Positions 62,750 to 64,000 of a DNA stretch of 64,000 bases are shown here, one piece after another; within the stretch, counting starts at the first letter, position 1; each line of letters begins with the position of its first letter. The stretch covers positions 219,196-283,195 of the forward strand of contig CAWCAY010000005.1 in NCBI GenBank assembly GCA_963793725.1. The letters are read 5' to 3'. The notes under the pieces were generated by a model. The model worked only from the letters and a program-made list of their open reading frames with translations. It searched no databases and was not told the origin of the DNA. The position numbers and the translations under genes are program-made. The DNA comes from an uncultured bacterium (GTDB lineage Bacteria; JAUVQV01; CAWCAY01).

Positions 62750-62755
62750 CGATTA
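62750..62755 (-). promoter_or_regulatory. Perfect TATAAT box upstream of the DUF218/glycan operon
   Basis: The minus strand reads gggagTATAATcgcgccATG. The box is 42 nt upstream of GTG 62707. An out-of-frame ATG (62743-62741) sits 6 nt after the box. Confidence 0.4.
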
Positions 62756-62847
62756 TACTCCCCCATCCCCCGGCGCGGAAGGGTGTCCGCTGAAGCGGCT
62801 GCGCCTCCGCGGAGTGGTCGGAGAACGTGGCGGCGGCGGGGCCGCTG

Positions 62848-62856
62848 TGGTAGATT
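62848..62856 (+). promoter_or_regulatory. Extended -10 element TGgTAGATT exactly 7 nt upstream of the M48 peptidase ATG (leaderless geometry)
   Basis: gctgTGgTAGATTggccttgATG. No Shine-Dalgarno. Confidence 0.45.
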
Positions 62857-62863
62857 GGCCTTG

Positions 62864-64000
62864 ATGGATGCCTTCAGACGGCGTTCGCCGATGTCCCGGC
62901 GGCTCCTCACGGGGGCCGTGGCGGTCGCGCTGTCATTGGCCACCCCCGCGGCGGCGGCCGACGAGGGGAGCGGCAAGCTTCTCGAGAACGTCGGCCAGGC
63001 CTACCGCTTCTTCGTCGAGCCGGAGGTGGTAGACTTGGTCGACAACATCAGCGCCACCCTGGCGTCGGTCTACCTCGCGCCGAGGAACGCCTACCACGTC
63101 CACATCCTCGACAACGGAGACACCAACGCCTTCGCCACGCCCAGCGGCGACTTCTTCATCTTCACCGGGCTCCTATCCCAGCTTCGCTCGGAAGATGAAC
63201 TGGCCGCCGTCCTGGCCCACGAGATGGCCCACAAGGAGTCCGACCACTTCTCCCGCATGGCCAAGCGCAGCGCCATGATCCTGCTGCCGAGCATCGCCGC
63301 CATGATCATCTCGGGCGGCGAGGGCGCCGTCGTCGCCTCGGCCATCGCCGTGGCCCAGTCGTACCAGCTCGGCTTCTCCCGGGAAATGGAGCGCGAGGCC
63401 GACCAGCTTGCCCTGCGGGTCCTGCGGCGCACCCGCTACGACCCCCGGGCCATGGCCGGAGCGCTGGAGGTGCTCGAGATGGGCGACCGGTTCAGCTCGG
63501 TGGAGATCCCCGAGCACCTCTCCACCCACCCCACCCTGCTGACCCGGCGGGCCAACCTGGAGGACCTGCTCGGCTCGCCCCTCGACCAGGTCGGCTGGAA
63601 ACCGGCCCCCGACGCCAACTGGAGACGCCTGCAGGCCATCCTCGCCGGCATGGCCAACCGGATCGCCCCCCTGGCCGCCGACGCCACCCCCGAGGAGCGC
63701 TACCTCCACGGCCTCGCCCTCCTGACCTCCGGGCGCCCGGCCGAGGCCGCCGAGACGATCGCCCCGGTCCTCGGGGCGCTCACCCTCCCCCAGGGCCCGC
63801 TCGACTTGGGACGGGCCCTCCTCCTGTCCGGCAAGCGCGACGAAGCGAAGCACTACCTCGAGTCCGCCCAGAGAAGCCTCCCGCAGTCCTCCCTTCCCCT
63901 CTTCTACCTAGGCGAAATCGAACGCGAGGAGGGGCGCATCGACCAGGCCCTCTTTCTCTATCGCCGCGCCGCCGATCGCCGCCCCGAACTCTCCGACGCC
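62864..64000 (+). CDS. M48-family zinc metallopeptidase with C-terminal TPR region (BepA-like); 3' end outside window
   Basis: Not in the ORF track because it runs off the window. Hand translation from ATG 62864 stays open to 64000. Signal-like MSRRLLTGAVAVALSLATPAAAA, zinc motif LAHEMAHKESDH, downstream EREADQLA, then TPR-like repeats. Confidence 0.8.
   Translation, partial: MDAFRRRSPMSRRLLTGAVAVALSLATPAAAADEGSGKLLENVGQAYRFFVEPEVVDLVDNISATLASVYLAPRNAYHVHILDNGDTNAFATPSGDFFIFTGLLSQLRSEDELAAVLAHEMAHKESDHFSRMAKRSAMILLPSIAAMIISGGEGAVVASAIAVAQSYQLGFSREMEREADQLALRVLRRTRYDPRAMAGALEVLEMGDRFSSVEIPEHLSTHPTLLTRRANLEDLLGSPLDQVGWKPAPDANWRRLQAILAGMANRIAPLAADATPEERYLHGLALLTSGRPAEAAETIAPVLGALTLPQGPLDLGRALLLSGKRDEAKHYLESAQRSLPQSSLPLFYLGEIEREEGRIDQALFLYRRAADRRPELSDA

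Overview
This is a high-GC bacterial chromosomal window; the lineage cannot be assigned from the window alone. Plus-strand side, left to right: the 3' end of purL, a secreted hypothetical protein, a disrupted secreted-protein ORF, a minus-strand three-domain acyl-AMP ligase / carrier / PlsC-acyltransferase gene, a pstS-pstC-pstA-pstB-pstB-phoU operon, and a small metal module (unknown 177-aa protein, feoB, DtxR-family regulator, creatininase-family and ferritin-like genes). About 33 kb of core genes follow, all on the minus strand. In transcription order they run tRNA-Thr/Tyr/Gly/Thr, tuf, rpmG, tRNA-Trp, secE, nusG, rplKAJL, rpoBC, rpsLG, fusA, tuf, then the S10/spc/alpha ribosomal operons through rplQ. 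The right end holds an 11-gene minus-strand envelope-glycan operon (DUF218, bi-domain oxidoreductase, heparinase II/III-like, GT4, wecB, degT, small sugar-phosphate transferase, capD/pglF-type dehydratase, TerC, TPR protein) and the start of an M48/TPR peptidase. I saw no CRISPR array, transposase, integrase or phage gene. The dominant feature looks technical. About fifty single-base frame breaks and one in-frame TAG interrupt otherwise well-conserved genes (rpoC x9, rplB x2, rpsC, rpsS, rplV, rpsQ, rplX, rpsM, every pst gene, feoB and others). They fall in discrete blocks, while neighbouring blocks (rpoB, fusA, both tuf, secY) are clean. I list the broken genes as full-span 'pseudogene' features because that is what the sequence shows, but I read them as consensus errors rather than gene decay. 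The biological observations are modest: (1) a divergent first PstB copy that lacks the Q-loop Gln and H-loop His; (2) an Aas-like enzyme with reversed domain order and its own carrier domain; (3) repeated -10 box / N7 / ATG spacing that suggests leaderless mRNAs; (4) a feoB locus with no FeoA gene but an internally duplicated unknown protein; (5) TerC and a TPR protein translationally coupled to the glycan operon. I found no convincing novel multi-gene system. All frame-break positions and counts come from hand reconstruction and are approximate.
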